Positions 9,189-20,078 are shown, counted from the first letter of the stretch. The stretch: DNA of 64,000 bases from Oligoflexales bacterium (GCA_041736175.1 JBGSUI010000014.1:64001-128000), one strand, 5' to 3'. Notes: generated from the letters alone by a model not told the origin. Program-made: numbers and translations.

Positions 9189-9998
9189 CTAATCTTCCAG
9201 TTTATTGATGAAGTCTGGATTTCCAGAGCAAAATAAGTTTAGCTGATCCACTAAGTCTAAACTATTCCCCCCATACCAGGACATCAATTTCCCATTAATT
9301 TTGTAAATTTCAGGAATGGTGGGCCATTCTCTTTGAAGTCGCAGAGCATCGCGACGACGAAACGGATAGGGTTCTGTGGAGAGAAGAATTAGATCAGCGT
9401 CGCATTTTTGCAGATCTTCGAGGCTAAGCTGAGGGTAACGTGGGTGAGGGGGTGAGATTTTTGGTGCTGCATTGGTCCAACCTATAAACTCAAGGACACT
9501 ACTGATATAAGTATCGTGGCCCGCAATCATATAGGGATTGCGCCAAATAAAATAAAGAAAGCGCCTCATTTTAAATTTTGGATCCATGGGAGGACTGTTT
9601 TTTTTGAGTTGGTCGAGGCTCGTGGTAAGTTGCTGACTTAGCTCTATGGCTTGAGGCTGACTGTCCAGAAAATTTCCAAGGTCGCAAAGCATTGAGGGGA
9701 CTTGGTCGAGGGTCTTAGGAAAAGTCTCCAAGACGGACGCAAGGTTTAGGCATTGGGCGATAGCTTCGGGCGGGTTTTCTTCGCTATTCACTAAAATATG
9801 AGTCGGTTTAAGACCCCGTATCTTTTCTATAGAAGGATCTTTGGTACCACCCACAAGAGTCACATGGCGATGAAGTCCAGGCGGATCGACGCAAAATTGG
9901 GTGCAACCAACAATCTCGTCCCTTAAGCCCATTTGGGCAACGGTCTGGGTCAGGCTAGGCACTAAGCTAATAATTCGTTTACCCATAGGTCTATCCAT
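9189..9998 (-). CDS. Helical-backbone metal receptor (BtuF/TroA-like binding protein)
   Basis: RIISLVPSLTQT, VGGTKDP, EEN, LSTEPYPF, MSWYG. Confidence 0.85.
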   Translation of the reverse strand: MDRPMGKRIISLVPSLTQTVAQMGLRDEIVGCTQFCVDPPGLHRHVTLVGGTKDPSIEKIRGLKPTHILVNSEENPPEAIAQCLNLASVLETFPKTLDQVPSMLCDLGNFLDSQPQAIELSQQLTTSLDQLKKNSPPMDPKFKMRRFLYFIWRNPYMIAGHDTYISSVLEFIGWTNAAPKISPPHPRYPQLSLEDLQKCDADLILLSTEPYPFRRRDALRLQREWPTIPEIYKINGKLMSWYGGNSLDLVDQLNLFCSGNPDFINKLED

Positions 9999-10100
9999 TG
10001 TGGCCGATTTATTGCAAGGCGGATCTAAGATCTGGGGAGACTCATCCCACGAACCCTTTTTTTCAGATCGCCCCAAAGTTAGAAGGAGAGAATAAATCAT

Positions 10101-11087
10101 ATGATATCAAAAAGATATACAAGTTTTAAGGTTATCAAATCCATTTTAAATTTATTAAGTCGTCACGTGGGTCACCAAGCGCAACACCTCCGTCCACCGG
10201 CTGAACGCAGACCTCGACCAAATCATTTACGGGTTGTCACTTTTACCGTGGGGATCTTTGTTGGTTGCGCTGGCAAAGAGGACTCTGGATGGCAGCCCTC
10301 CAGCGATAAGAGTTCTCCCCTTACCTTATACCAGGCGTGGGGCGTCGAACAAACAACCTTGGAAAATATCCTCACTGATCTTGGAAACAAAACCGTCGCG
10401 TCCTATGAGGCAAAAAGCGCTGCTGCCGCCTTGGTCCACAACTTTGATTTTCAAAATCTGGCGGTTAACCTAACAGCAAACGAGATTTCGTTGTTACGCA
10501 AAAAAATCAATCAGGAGCGGCAAAAAAACAATCAACCGAGATATGCCAGAGAAATTTGGCAAAGTATCTCGATCAATCCAGGAGAACTTTCGGTTATAGA
10601 AATCGAACAAGCGCAAAAAGCGCTCGGGGATTGGCTTAAATTAAACTTGGGCCAAGAAAGTCCCCACGACCGATTCGCAGAGGTTTTTCTCGTGGATCCA
10701 GATGAAAATGAGAATGCTGGCGGCGAACTTTCAATGTTCGGCAAAGTTAAGAGCGCTATCGTCAGTGGCTGGCAACTGTTGCAACTCGGTGGCAAAATTG
10801 ACCGACTTCAAAATGAACAGAACCTTGCGAAAGGCGTCTCTCAACTGGCGGATATTGCACTAAGCCCAGAAACCTATAAAACCCTAGCCCAGAACTCCGA
10901 AAAAATTGCCGTAGCCTCAGAACTGGCCGATAAAATTGCACCCCAAAGCGAGCTGGCTGCAAATCTAAAGGCCGCTCGGACGATCAATCAGTTTGTGATT
11001 GGACCAGCCTCACAAGCAGGCAATATAGTCCATCAAATGGCTAAATTTATCGGTCCGCCGAGGAATTCATCTTTTGATGAGCCGTGA
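10101..11087 (+). CDS. Hypothetical protein, possible lipoprotein
   Basis: Long ORF with IFVGC lipobox-like motif; true start probably internal. Confidence 0.5.
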   Translation: MISKRYTSFKVIKSILNLLSRHVGHQAQHLRPPAERRPRPNHLRVVTFTVGIFVGCAGKEDSGWQPSSDKSSPLTLYQAWGVEQTTLENILTDLGNKTVASYEAKSAAAALVHNFDFQNLAVNLTANEISLLRKKINQERQKNNQPRYAREIWQSISINPGELSVIEIEQAQKALGDWLKLNLGQESPHDRFAEVFLVDPDENENAGGELSMFGKVKSAIVSGWQLLQLGGKIDRLQNEQNLAKGVSQLADIALSPETYKTLAQNSEKIAVASELADKIAPQSELAANLKAARTINQFVIGPASQAGNIVHQMAKFIGPPRNSSFDEP

Positions 11088-11088
11088 T

Positions 11089-12312
11089 TTAGGGGGTCAC
11101 ACTAAATTCCATTTGCCACCAGGTCTGAACCAGGGCGCAAGGGCCACCATTAGCATTACCACCACAGGAATTGCCACCTGAATGGGTGACTCCGTTTAGC
11201 CCGCCCATTTTGTTGATAAGCTCATTATTGGAGGCAGTGCCACCTTTGTTTGGTGGCTGGATAAAGAGAGACGCATAGTAGCCGTTATAATTTTTAGCCC
11301 CATGGCAAGGAGCGCAGGAGTTAAGAGCTGGCAAAACCGTGCCCGTAAAATAAGCTTGGCCTGCTGCAGTCGGTGCCCACGCCGTATAGGCTGTCCCACT
11401 TTCGTTAAGAAGCTGCTCGGTACCCTCGATGGTCGCGTAGACAAAAAGAGTGTTAGGCTTGCCGTTGCGGTGGAGTGCTGGTAGTTCTGCTGAAAATCCA
11501 TGAAAACCTGGAGTCCCCTCGTCTTCTGCGTTGACAAAAGCCATCGCAGAGCCAGCATCGGTCCCAGTGCCTTTGGGACCCCCCACATAAAATTTAACCA
11601 TCACTTGTTCGTCCAAGTTTTTGGGGTTTGCAGCCCAACCTAAAACCTTACCCCCTGCAGTCACCTCGAGCACTCTTCCGATCCGGGCACCTGAATCAGA
11701 GGCATTTGCGCCCATTTCGATTTTCCACCATTCAGCGATCTCCTTGCAGGGGGAGTTGGTGACGGCTCCCTTGCACTGATCGCCGCCTCCGTGCTGGACC
11801 ACTCCACGTACCTTTTCTATAAGTTTATTGGTCACACTCCCATTCCCGTTTGTGAGCTGCGTCTTCATCGATCCATAACTATAGACCGTTAAGGGGCCTT
11901 TGACGTCACTGGCCTGTCTTGGTTCGGTGTGACACGATATGCATGACTTTCGAAAGAGGGGTTCGACTGTTGCCGTAAAAAAATCCTGACCGGTTAGAGC
12001 CTTTGGCATCGGTTCTTTAATATCTTCAGGTTGGGACCCTGGAGGTTCGTCTTTTGCTTGTTGGTCCTTGTCAGCTTTAATAGCATCTTGTTGAGGAGTC
12101 TTTGCAGTTTGGGTATTGGTTTTAGTGTCCGTTTTGGTGGCGGATCCTTTTGCTGCTTTTTGCGAAGCCGCTGCGGTTTCGTTGTTTGATTTACGGTCGA
12201 TTTGTTCATTTGAAGAACTGCACCTTAGGAGAGTCCAGCCCGTGAGGAGAGCGATCATCAGATTGAAAGTAAATCTAAATTGGTTAGATAAATAAATCTT
12301 TATAAAGTTCAT
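11089..12312 (-). CDS. Di-heme c-type cytochrome lipoprotein
   Basis: Signal with Cys; two homologous modules with CISCH and CAPCH, each followed by H-x-GG-x2-C...PC...WW. Confidence 0.75.
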   Translation of the reverse strand: MNFIKIYLSNQFRFTFNLMIALLTGWTLLRCSSSNEQIDRKSNNETAAASQKAAKGSATKTDTKTNTQTAKTPQQDAIKADKDQQAKDEPPGSQPEDIKEPMPKALTGQDFFTATVEPLFRKSCISCHTEPRQASDVKGPLTVYSYGSMKTQLTNGNGSVTNKLIEKVRGVVQHGGGDQCKGAVTNSPCKEIAEWWKIEMGANASDSGARIGRVLEVTAGGKVLGWAANPKNLDEQVMVKFYVGGPKGTGTDAGSAMAFVNAEDEGTPGFHGFSAELPALHRNGKPNTLFVYATIEGTEQLLNESGTAYTAWAPTAAGQAYFTGTVLPALNSCAPCHGAKNYNGYYASLFIQPPNKGGTASNNELINKMGGLNGVTHSGGNSCGGNANGGPCALVQTWWQMEFSVTP

Positions 12313-12727
12313 GGTGAAGACTCCAATTTTTTTTGTACAAGCACTTAGATTATCATCGGCTAGGTGGTTGGCCGTGTTTAATTAAATTCTGTTTTAGATT
12401 TATCTCCAATAAAATCATTTAGCTATAACCATGAAAATGTGTCCATTTTTAAGATGTTTGATCGGATCGAAGGGCTTGGGCCAGATCAAAGGCTAGATGG
12501 TCCATCCCGTGGAGCGGTAGCTAAATAAAAAGAAAAATAATTTTATAACAGTATGTAATTAAATATAAAAATATAATCATTAAAATTTATCTAAATTGCT
12601 GCTGACAAAGAACCGAAAAATTCAAAACAAGGGGGTCTTGGATGAGATAACAATCGAGACACTGCCGACGTTCGCATTCTTTGGGATGAATCATTTGTGG
12701 ATATTTTTATAAAGGGGGGTAGGAATT

Positions 12728-13945
12728 ATGAAAAAATGGAATATCTGGGATCGTAAGGGTTTAAAAATGAACTTGGGGATCGCTCTAGGAGCTGCACTCC
12801 TATCGCCTCTCGTGGTCGCAGCACCTCGGGATGTGGCCGATAAGATGTGCAACCGTATCAATGGAGTCCCGCCGACGCCGGAGCTCCTCACTTCGGTGAC
12901 AGCTTTAGTGGAGCAGGGTAAGGCGAAAGAGGGGGCACTTGCTTGTATCAATGTGCCAGAAGGATATTTTTATAACGATATTCTGAAAGGTCTGTTTTTA
13001 AAATGGCAGACTCCTGACGATTCTAATCGAGTGGAGCTTTCAGACTTTACGACGACACTTATTGGCTTCGTTAAAGAAGACATTCCTTTTAATACTGTTA
13101 TGTCAGCTGACATCGTGTTTATCAGCAATCTGACGGGTACTCCAGCCTATTCGTTGGGTAAACCTACCAACGTAGCAACTCCCGATATGTTTCGGTTTCT
13201 AGAGACCTCTCAAGCTCCGATTCACTCAAGCATCGTAAGGGCTGCCCAAACCACAGCCGCAGGGGCAACATCCCTGCCCGCGGATGCAGTGGCAGGGGTC
13301 TTAACGACCCGAGAGTTTGCCGCCTCCTACTACTCCGCTGGAACTCTCCGCAGAGGAACAGCGGCTATTTTAGCCAATTTCTTGTGTTCGGACTTGGAGG
13401 TGCTCCATGATACCACCCGTCCCGATACCCGGGTTCGCCGCGATGTGACCCGTTCGCCAGGTGGTGATAGTGCCCTATACCGCAATCGCTGCTCGGGCTG
13501 CCATGCGGGCATGGATCCTCTCACAGGTGCTTTTTCCTTCCATGACTGGGATGACACGACGACACCAGCAGTCCCCAGATTGGTTTATACCCCTGGAGTC
13601 GTGCGACCTAAAGTGAATCGCAATGCCACGGAATTTCCTGAGGGCTACATTACCACGGATAACTCCTGGTCCAATCTGTGGGCCGACGGGCCTTCCGCTA
13701 AAAAACTGGGCTGGACGGGAGCCAACAGTGGAGTCGGTGTCAAGTCTCTGGGAGAAGCCTTAGGTAACACGGAGGCTTTTGCAAAATGTATGGCGAAGAA
13801 TGCCATTGAGACCATGTGTATTCGCAAGGCTGTTAGCCAAGGTGACCTGGATGCCATAGACTCACTAGCCCAGGGCTTTAAGGCCAATAACTATAACTTA
13901 AAAAATACCTTTGCCGATGCTGCCGTCTACTGCAGTAAAGAATAA
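12728..13945 (+). CDS. Secreted mono-heme (CSGCH) protein, DUF1585/PSD-like
   Basis: Signal peptide, AGVLTTR, RRDVTRSPGGD, CSGCHAGMDPL, FAKCMA. Confidence 0.7.
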   Translation: MKKWNIWDRKGLKMNLGIALGAALLSPLVVAAPRDVADKMCNRINGVPPTPELLTSVTALVEQGKAKEGALACINVPEGYFYNDILKGLFLKWQTPDDSNRVELSDFTTTLIGFVKEDIPFNTVMSADIVFISNLTGTPAYSLGKPTNVATPDMFRFLETSQAPIHSSIVRAAQTTAAGATSLPADAVAGVLTTREFAASYYSAGTLRRGTAAILANFLCSDLEVLHDTTRPDTRVRRDVTRSPGGDSALYRNRCSGCHAGMDPLTGAFSFHDWDDTTTPAVPRLVYTPGVVRPKVNRNATEFPEGYITTDNSWSNLWADGPSAKKLGWTGANSGVGVKSLGEALGNTEAFAKCMAKNAIETMCIRKAVSQGDLDAIDSLAQGFKANNYNLKNTFADAAVYCSKE

Positions 13946-13990
13946 TGGGAAATATGCGCAGATTAGACTGATCGAAATATAAACAAATAA

Positions 13991-14821
13991 ATGCAACATA
14001 TAAGGAAACACGCCATGAAACATACTGTTAGAAATTTAGCTTATTTCATATTGCCGATGACCCTAGGGTTTTTAGGGAGCTGTAGCCAAAAAAAGTCTTC
14101 GAGGCCAGGAGGCGCAGCGCCGACTGCGGGGCAAAACCAGACCCAAGATGAGATCGACGCTGATGCAGAAGGTGAGGCGGCTGATACCAGTACCGCCAAT
14201 GCTAATGAGAATCCAGTCGCGGAAGGGGCACCCACCAATCCAGCCAATCCTGCCAATCCTGAGGGTCCCAAAAATCCAGAGATGATGCCTGAGGCTCCAC
14301 CTTCAGCACCTGCACCAAAGGTTTTTAGTTTGATGGGGGTCCGCAATTTTGAAAGTATCAATTCGACCATGTCGGCACTCACAGGGGTCCCAAAGACTAC
14401 CCCTACGATTGTGACGGCCTTTAATGCAAACAAAGTGGCACTACCCACCCACTCGTTTGCAGAAAATCTTAGTAGCTCTGCAGTCGTTGGTCTCTTTAAA
14501 CTTGCAGCTACCTATTGTGATGAACTTGCAAAGTCGGTAACTCTGCGACCAGCAGTGTATGGCACTTTTAATTTTGCAGGTTTACCACAAGCTGTGCTCA
14601 CTCCAGATGGAATGCGTCAAGTTGCTGATGCTCTTGTCACCAAATTTTGGGGAAAAGATTTAGCACGGCTACCGCCCCACGATGCAAATGTCACGCAGAT
14701 GGTCACGACCATGACAGAATTAAAAACCCTGATTCCAGGAAATACAGCCGCCGATACAGTGAAAATCATCAACGGATCCTGTACAGCGGCCCTCATGTCC
14801 ACCGGTTCAGTCGTCTATTAA
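13991..14821 (+). CDS. Lipoprotein of the cytochrome cluster
   Basis: LGSC lipobox, low-complexity linker, GVRNFESINSTMSALTGV domain. Confidence 0.65.
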   Translation: MQHIRKHAMKHTVRNLAYFILPMTLGFLGSCSQKKSSRPGGAAPTAGQNQTQDEIDADAEGEAADTSTANANENPVAEGAPTNPANPANPEGPKNPEMMPEAPPSAPAPKVFSLMGVRNFESINSTMSALTGVPKTTPTIVTAFNANKVALPTHSFAENLSSSAVVGLFKLAATYCDELAKSVTLRPAVYGTFNFAGLPQAVLTPDGMRQVADALVTKFWGKDLARLPPHDANVTQMVTTMTELKTLIPGNTAADTVKIINGSCTAALMSTGSVVY

Positions 14822-14872
14822 TGAACTTATTAACTTTAAAAATACATCAAATTTTATAGGGAGACAAAAATC

Positions 14873-16339
14873 ATGGGAACGAAAAAAAACCTCGAAACAA
14901 ACAAAATTCAAATCAATCATCCAATGACAACACGGAGAGATTTTTTGGCACAAGGCGTGATCCAAGGGGGGGCTTTTGCTGTCGTCCCAAGCACTCTTTT
15001 GATGGCTACCAATAAAGCTTTAGGAGCCTTTGATCCAGCGAAGTGTACCCCCACGGGAGGCAGCACAAAACGTGGTCCAGCTTTTTTAGCGATCGATTGC
15101 GCTGGCGGGAGTAACCTATTGGGCTCTAATTTTATCGTTGGAGGAAAAGGGGGGCAGATGGATTTTCTTACCCCAGGGAGTTATGCAACCATTGGCTTAA
15201 CAACGGCGATCGAGCCACAGACGGTCGCTCCAGATGTTTCCTACGGCGTGGCGATGCACCCAAGCTCAGGCATCCTTGCTGGCCTCAACGCAGCGATTAC
15301 TGATGCCACGATCAAGGCGAAAATCTCGGGGGTCGTCGCCTGTGCACAAACAAACGACGATTCTAGCGCTAATCCACTAAACGTTAATCAATTGATCTCC
15401 AAGATCGCTCCACCAGCGGGTTTGGTGGGCAATTTAGGTGTACGGGCCTCCGCTTCAGGGGGCAGGCACGCAGTCGTGCCGGCTACAGTCAATGCGGCCT
15501 ACTCGCCGGTTATTTTGACCAGACCAGATGACGCTCTTAAGCTTGTGGATCCGGGGCTCTTCACTGCGAGAGAAGCGGAAGCAGTGATCAAGGCTGCGAG
15601 TCGTATGTCCGATTCCCAGCTATCTCTATTTCAAGCAAAAACAGTCCCTGATCAAATCAAAGAATTGATGAACTGTGGATATGTTTCAGGAAGCGGTTTT
15701 CTTTCAAAGTTTACCCCTGACAGACTCAGTGCGACTGCAGATACTAGGATAACGGCGATTTTTCCAGCAATCGCAACCAATGCAAACGATGCCCGTCTTG
15801 CCACCCTTACTAAGCTTTTGATTGATGGCAACGCCAGTGCAGCAACCTATGAAATCGGTGGTTGCGACTATCATGGGCAAGGGACCACTGTACAACACGC
15901 TAAAAATATCGAGATCGGAACAGCCATTGGACGATTTTTTAGGGCCTGTGCTGCGGCCAATGTCCCCGGTATGGTTTTTATCACGACTGATGGTGGTGTG
16001 AGCGCCAATGGCGGTGCATCGAATAGTGCAACGGTGCCTTTCTTTGCCTTTAACAGTGATAACGGCCAACGCAGTGGCGCGGTGATTATGGCCTTTGATC
16101 CAGTAACAAAACCCAATGCCATACCAGGAAACCAGATCGGAGCTTATACCGCAGCAGGTGCTTGCGATACCACCAGCAGTCCCCTTGCTAACTCCCCCTC
16201 TAATTTAGGTCTTTGGGCTGCGGCGACCTATGCTGGCCTCCTAGGCCAAGCTGACAAGATGGCGACCTTTCTCAATGGCAACAATCCGCTAGCAAGTTTA
16301 AAAGACAGTGGCGCAGCTTTTGGCAATGTCAAAGTTTAA
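14873..16339 (+). CDS. Tat-exported protein, DUF1501/DUF1552-like
   Basis: TRRDFL twin-arginine motif, DCAGG, GGCDYHG, TTDGG. Confidence 0.7.
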   Translation: MGTKKNLETNKIQINHPMTTRRDFLAQGVIQGGAFAVVPSTLLMATNKALGAFDPAKCTPTGGSTKRGPAFLAIDCAGGSNLLGSNFIVGGKGGQMDFLTPGSYATIGLTTAIEPQTVAPDVSYGVAMHPSSGILAGLNAAITDATIKAKISGVVACAQTNDDSSANPLNVNQLISKIAPPAGLVGNLGVRASASGGRHAVVPATVNAAYSPVILTRPDDALKLVDPGLFTAREAEAVIKAASRMSDSQLSLFQAKTVPDQIKELMNCGYVSGSGFLSKFTPDRLSATADTRITAIFPAIATNANDARLATLTKLLIDGNASAATYEIGGCDYHGQGTTVQHAKNIEIGTAIGRFFRACAAANVPGMVFITTDGGVSANGGASNSATVPFFAFNSDNGQRSGAVIMAFDPVTKPNAIPGNQIGAYTAAGACDTTSSPLANSPSNLGLWAAATYAGLLGQADKMATFLNGNNPLASLKDSGAAFGNVKV

Positions 16340-16386
16340 GCCAATTTAATGGCTTTGAAAGACAATCTAAAGGGGGCAAGTTTTTT

Positions 16387-17841
16387 ATGGACTATTTATT
16401 TAAGCTAAAAAATTTATGTATATTATTTCTTGCTTCGTCGGTCATCCAGGCTTGCGCTGAATCTAAACCTACAAGAAAATCCATGCGTGTAGCCATCAAC
16501 ACGCCTGCCGATGAGGAACTAGAAGATAAAGATGCTGAAGCAGAACCTGGAGATCCCAAGCCTATCGTTACGGATATTGCCAGTCCCATAACTCCTGAAG
16601 CCCCAGTTGAGCCAGTAAAAGAGACGCAAGAGTCCCTTAAGTTTTTTTCGGCCAGCGTCCATCCACCTCTAGTCGAATGGTGTGGATCCTGTCATAAAAC
16701 AGGAGCGCAGCCACCCTATTTGGCAGATGTGGACGCCAAAAAATCCTATGACGAAATCCTAGTGAGTCACAAAATGGACTTTGCTGATCCGAAAGCTTCT
16801 CGCCTCTATGTAAAAACGGTTGTTGAACAACACCAATGTCCGCCCACCCTCGGCTGCGAAGAGGCAGGGAAAATGTTGCTGCCTATCCTCGAAGAGTGGG
16901 TCAAGGCCTCGGCTGGAAGTGTGGAGATTCCAAAAACGGAGGTTGACGCCAAATTAACCACCGTTTCAAAACTCCTCTCAGAGAGGTTGAGCGTGCGAGA
17001 AGATAGTGGTGCGCCCGAGGGTTCTTTTTATTTTCCAGCAGAGAGCGGTACCTTAAAAGCTCCCCTCGCCGTAAGGGACCGAAAAGAAGGTGAAGGTGGT
17101 AAAATCATCGCCACCGCCGCAGGTGCGGGAAATGACGTCAATTTAGCCAATGCAACCAATAATGCCGCCCTGGGAACAGTGACTTTTACGGTCAATATCA
17201 CCAAGCCTGGTCGTTACCATGCAGTCGGACGGGTGGGGAGTCCCAATGCAGTGGCGGCCAATAACAGCTCTTTCTATATTAAGTTAGATGCGGGGCCGCT
17301 ACTCCTGTGGGACTTTCCGGGGACTAATAATACTTTGATTTATAGCAAGGCTGACCCGACTGTGGCGGGTGGCACTCCCCATGTGTTTGATCTTACCGCT
17401 GGATCCCACACCTTTGAAGTACGCCAAAGACAAGAATTAGCTGAGTTGGATAGCTTTATCTTGACCTCTGACCTAACGTATAATTTTGCTAATTTTGCGG
17501 CAGCCCTCAGGTCCTACAATCAAATGGAGTTTGATATCAGTGCCCAATCTGGTGTCAATGGAGCTAAGCTGACTCTGGACATCGGTGAATACGACGAAAA
17601 ATCTTATATCATTAAGAACCCAAAGATTGCTTTCGGCCAAGGAAAGGTCAAAGTCAAAAGTTTAAAGGTTTTGATTAATGACAAGTTTTTGCCCCAGCAC
17701 GCGACCTTTATGGGGATCAACGAAGAAGTCGCTGCACCTGGAAAAGTACTTTCTCCGGCAACCCTTATTGCCTTAAAAGACAAGGGGAAAGATGCTGATA
17801 AGTTTTCAGTCACTTTTGAAACGATTGAAAGTGTGCCCTAA
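16387..17841 (+). CDS. Cytochrome c lipoprotein with C-terminal beta-rich domain
   Basis: IQAC lipobox, CGSCH, beta-rich region (SFYIKLD, LTAGSHTFEV). Confidence 0.7.
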   Translation: MDYLFKLKNLCILFLASSVIQACAESKPTRKSMRVAINTPADEELEDKDAEAEPGDPKPIVTDIASPITPEAPVEPVKETQESLKFFSASVHPPLVEWCGSCHKTGAQPPYLADVDAKKSYDEILVSHKMDFADPKASRLYVKTVVEQHQCPPTLGCEEAGKMLLPILEEWVKASAGSVEIPKTEVDAKLTTVSKLLSERLSVREDSGAPEGSFYFPAESGTLKAPLAVRDRKEGEGGKIIATAAGAGNDVNLANATNNAALGTVTFTVNITKPGRYHAVGRVGSPNAVAANNSSFYIKLDAGPLLLWDFPGTNNTLIYSKADPTVAGGTPHVFDLTAGSHTFEVRQRQELAELDSFILTSDLTYNFANFAAALRSYNQMEFDISAQSGVNGAKLTLDIGEYDEKSYIIKNPKIAFGQGKVKVKSLKVLINDKFLPQHATFMGINEEVAAPGKVLSPATLIALKDKGKDADKFSVTFETIESVP

Positions 17842-18701
17842 TGGGCGGGAGAATTGGGCAGCATATAGTCACGTTTGTCAATCGACGCTAAGGCCTGGAG
17901 CATCGCTTGGATCAAGGCCCGCGTCGTAGGATCAGGATGAGATTTCTCTGCTTTCTTTACGGACTCCTCAACGCTGGGGTGTAAAAGGGTGTTTTGGGCC
18001 AGCGAGACCAAGGCGGCTTCTCCTATTGATTTTTTTTGGGGTTTCGCTCGACCTGCAAATCTTGATACAAGACTTATCACCCGGTCTACATATTTGTTGT
18101 CTCCTGTGGCGCTGAATCCGGCCCACAGCATATTGACCTGACCGATATGTTGGACTTCGCTAAAAAGGGGGTTTAAGGAGCGCGAGGGAATGTTTTTGAG
18201 CATTTCAGCCATTTTTTGACTTTTATCTTTTGGAAAATGGCTTAAAAGAGAGTCTGCGGTTTTTTGCAGATCTTTTTTGTCGGTTAGCCACAAGGCTACG
18301 ACGATCACGGTCCACTGCCTTTCGCTAAAGGATTTTTCCCAACCTTTAATCCAGAGGTTTGCATTGTCTGGGTGAGAATTAAAAATCTGTGCGACAAACA
18401 TACTAGCGACTTCTGGATATTCCATAAGGAGGCCGTTTTTTTCCATAAATAAAAGGGCACTTGTCAGTTCTTCTGGCTTTGGATCTTGGTAGTAATAAAC
18501 AAACCAAGATTTGAAATCATCCATATCCCTAAAAGATCGCGAAACCTGTTGGATATCCGAACTATAAAATCCAAGGGTCTGGCAGGCAGCATTAAATAAA
18601 GATATAAAAAAACATGTAAATACCAGAAAAAATCGATGTCTGAAGCAGCGGCTGGTAAAGAGATCTTTTTGTAGAAAGTAGGACATCAAAACCTTTTTCA
18701 T
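17838..18701 (-). CDS. Hypothetical lipoprotein
   Basis: Hydrophobic segment ending NAAC; helical domain. Confidence 0.55.
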   Translation of the reverse strand: MKKVLMSYFLQKDLFTSRCFRHRFFLVFTCFFISLFNAACQTLGFYSSDIQQVSRSFRDMDDFKSWFVYYYQDPKPEELTSALLFMEKNGLLMEYPEVASMFVAQIFNSHPDNANLWIKGWEKSFSERQWTVIVVALWLTDKKDLQKTADSLLSHFPKDKSQKMAEMLKNIPSRSLNPLFSEVQHIGQVNMLWAGFSATGDNKYVDRVISLVSRFAGRAKPQKKSIGEAALVSLAQNTLLHPSVEESVKKAEKSHPDPTTRALIQAMLQALASIDKRDYMLPNSPAH

Positions 18702-18812
18702 TTGTCTCACCACCTGAATGGTATCGGCACAGGTGTAAAAAACATAAATCTATGTAGATTAAAATTAAGTAGGCAACCCCAACATCAAGGGACCTGTGAT
18801 AAACTATGATAT

Positions 18813-20078
18813 ATGTCTGACGAAAAAACCATTTCAGCCTTCCGCGCCGTCCCAAGGACCGGTGTCATATTCGTAACGACGGAAGCTTCCCGTTGTGGCT
18901 ACGCCCCAAACGATGAGGACTGGTGCAACCTTGGTCAAGGTCAGCCAGAGACGGGACCCCTACCTGGTGCTCCTGACCGAGTCAAGCAGGTACCAATCGA
19001 TGTCGACGACTGTGAGTATTCACCGACCGCTGGGCTCTGGGAGTTGAGGGAAGCGGTTGCTTCGCTCTACAACAGCCTCTACCGTCGTGGGATGAAAAGC
19101 CAATATAAACCAGAAAATGTATGTATCGCTGGTGGCGGGAGGTCTCTGCTCACCAGAGCCGCAGCAAGTCTTGGGTCAGTCAATTTAGGGCACTTTTTGC
19201 CTGACTATACGGCCTATGAGGAGTTGCTTGATATCTTTAAGGCCTTTACGGCGATCCCTATCCTTCTAGACGGCGAAAATGGCTACAACTTTAGTTCTGA
19301 GGATCTTCGTAAAGAAATTCAGGGACGCGGTCTTTCGGCCTTGCTGTTTTCTAACCCCTGCAACCCAACGGGGAGAGTTGTGGAGGGCGAGGAGATGCAG
19401 AAATGGTGTTCCGTTGCTCGCCAAAACGACTGTAGCTTGCTTGTAGACGAATTTTATTCCCACTATCTCTATCGGAGCCGACCAGGGCAGGTCCCTATGG
19501 TCAGCGCGGCATCTTGTGTTGAAGATGTCGATAAGGATCCAGTGGTGCTTTTTGATGGTTTTACCAAAAATTGGCGCTATCCGGGGTGGCGGGTGGCCTG
19601 GGCCCTTGGACCACAAAAAATCGCAGAGGCCCTGGCGAGTGCTGGATCTTTTCTCGATGGTGGCGGCTCTAAACCCCTCCAGAGAGCGGCGATTGGTTTG
19701 GTTTCTAACGAGCATGTTATGCAGGAGACCCATGCCATCCAAGAATGCTTTCGAGCCAAACGTAACCTGATTGTGCCACGGCTCGAAAATTTAGGCGTAA
19801 AAATTGACCGGGTCCCTGAGGGCACCTTTTACGTATGGGGTTCTGTGGCAGATTTAGCGCCGCCGTTTCAGGATGGAATGAGCTTTTTTAGGGAAGCCTT
19901 AAAGCATAAAGTGATCGTCGTGCCAGGCGAGTTTTTTGACGTCAATCCAGGCAAAAGACGTCGCGGTAGTCATGGCCGCTTTAAGGGATATGTACGCTTT
20001 TCTTTTGGACCAAACCTTAAGACGGTTGCCTTAGCTTTAGATAGGTTGGATAGGATGGTTAAGGCTAGCAAATCTTAA
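18813..20078 (+). CDS. PLP-dependent aminotransferase class I/II
   Basis: NLGQGQPE, SNPCNPTG, DEFY, GFTKNWRYPGWR. Confidence 0.92.
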   Translation: MSDEKTISAFRAVPRTGVIFVTTEASRCGYAPNDEDWCNLGQGQPETGPLPGAPDRVKQVPIDVDDCEYSPTAGLWELREAVASLYNSLYRRGMKSQYKPENVCIAGGGRSLLTRAAASLGSVNLGHFLPDYTAYEELLDIFKAFTAIPILLDGENGYNFSSEDLRKEIQGRGLSALLFSNPCNPTGRVVEGEEMQKWCSVARQNDCSLLVDEFYSHYLYRSRPGQVPMVSAASCVEDVDKDPVVLFDGFTKNWRYPGWRVAWALGPQKIAEALASAGSFLDGGGSKPLQRAAIGLVSNEHVMQETHAIQECFRAKRNLIVPRLENLGVKIDRVPEGTFYVWGSVADLAPPFQDGMSFFREALKHKVIVVPGEFFDVNPGKRRRGSHGRFKGYVRFSFGPNLKTVALALDRLDRMVKASKS

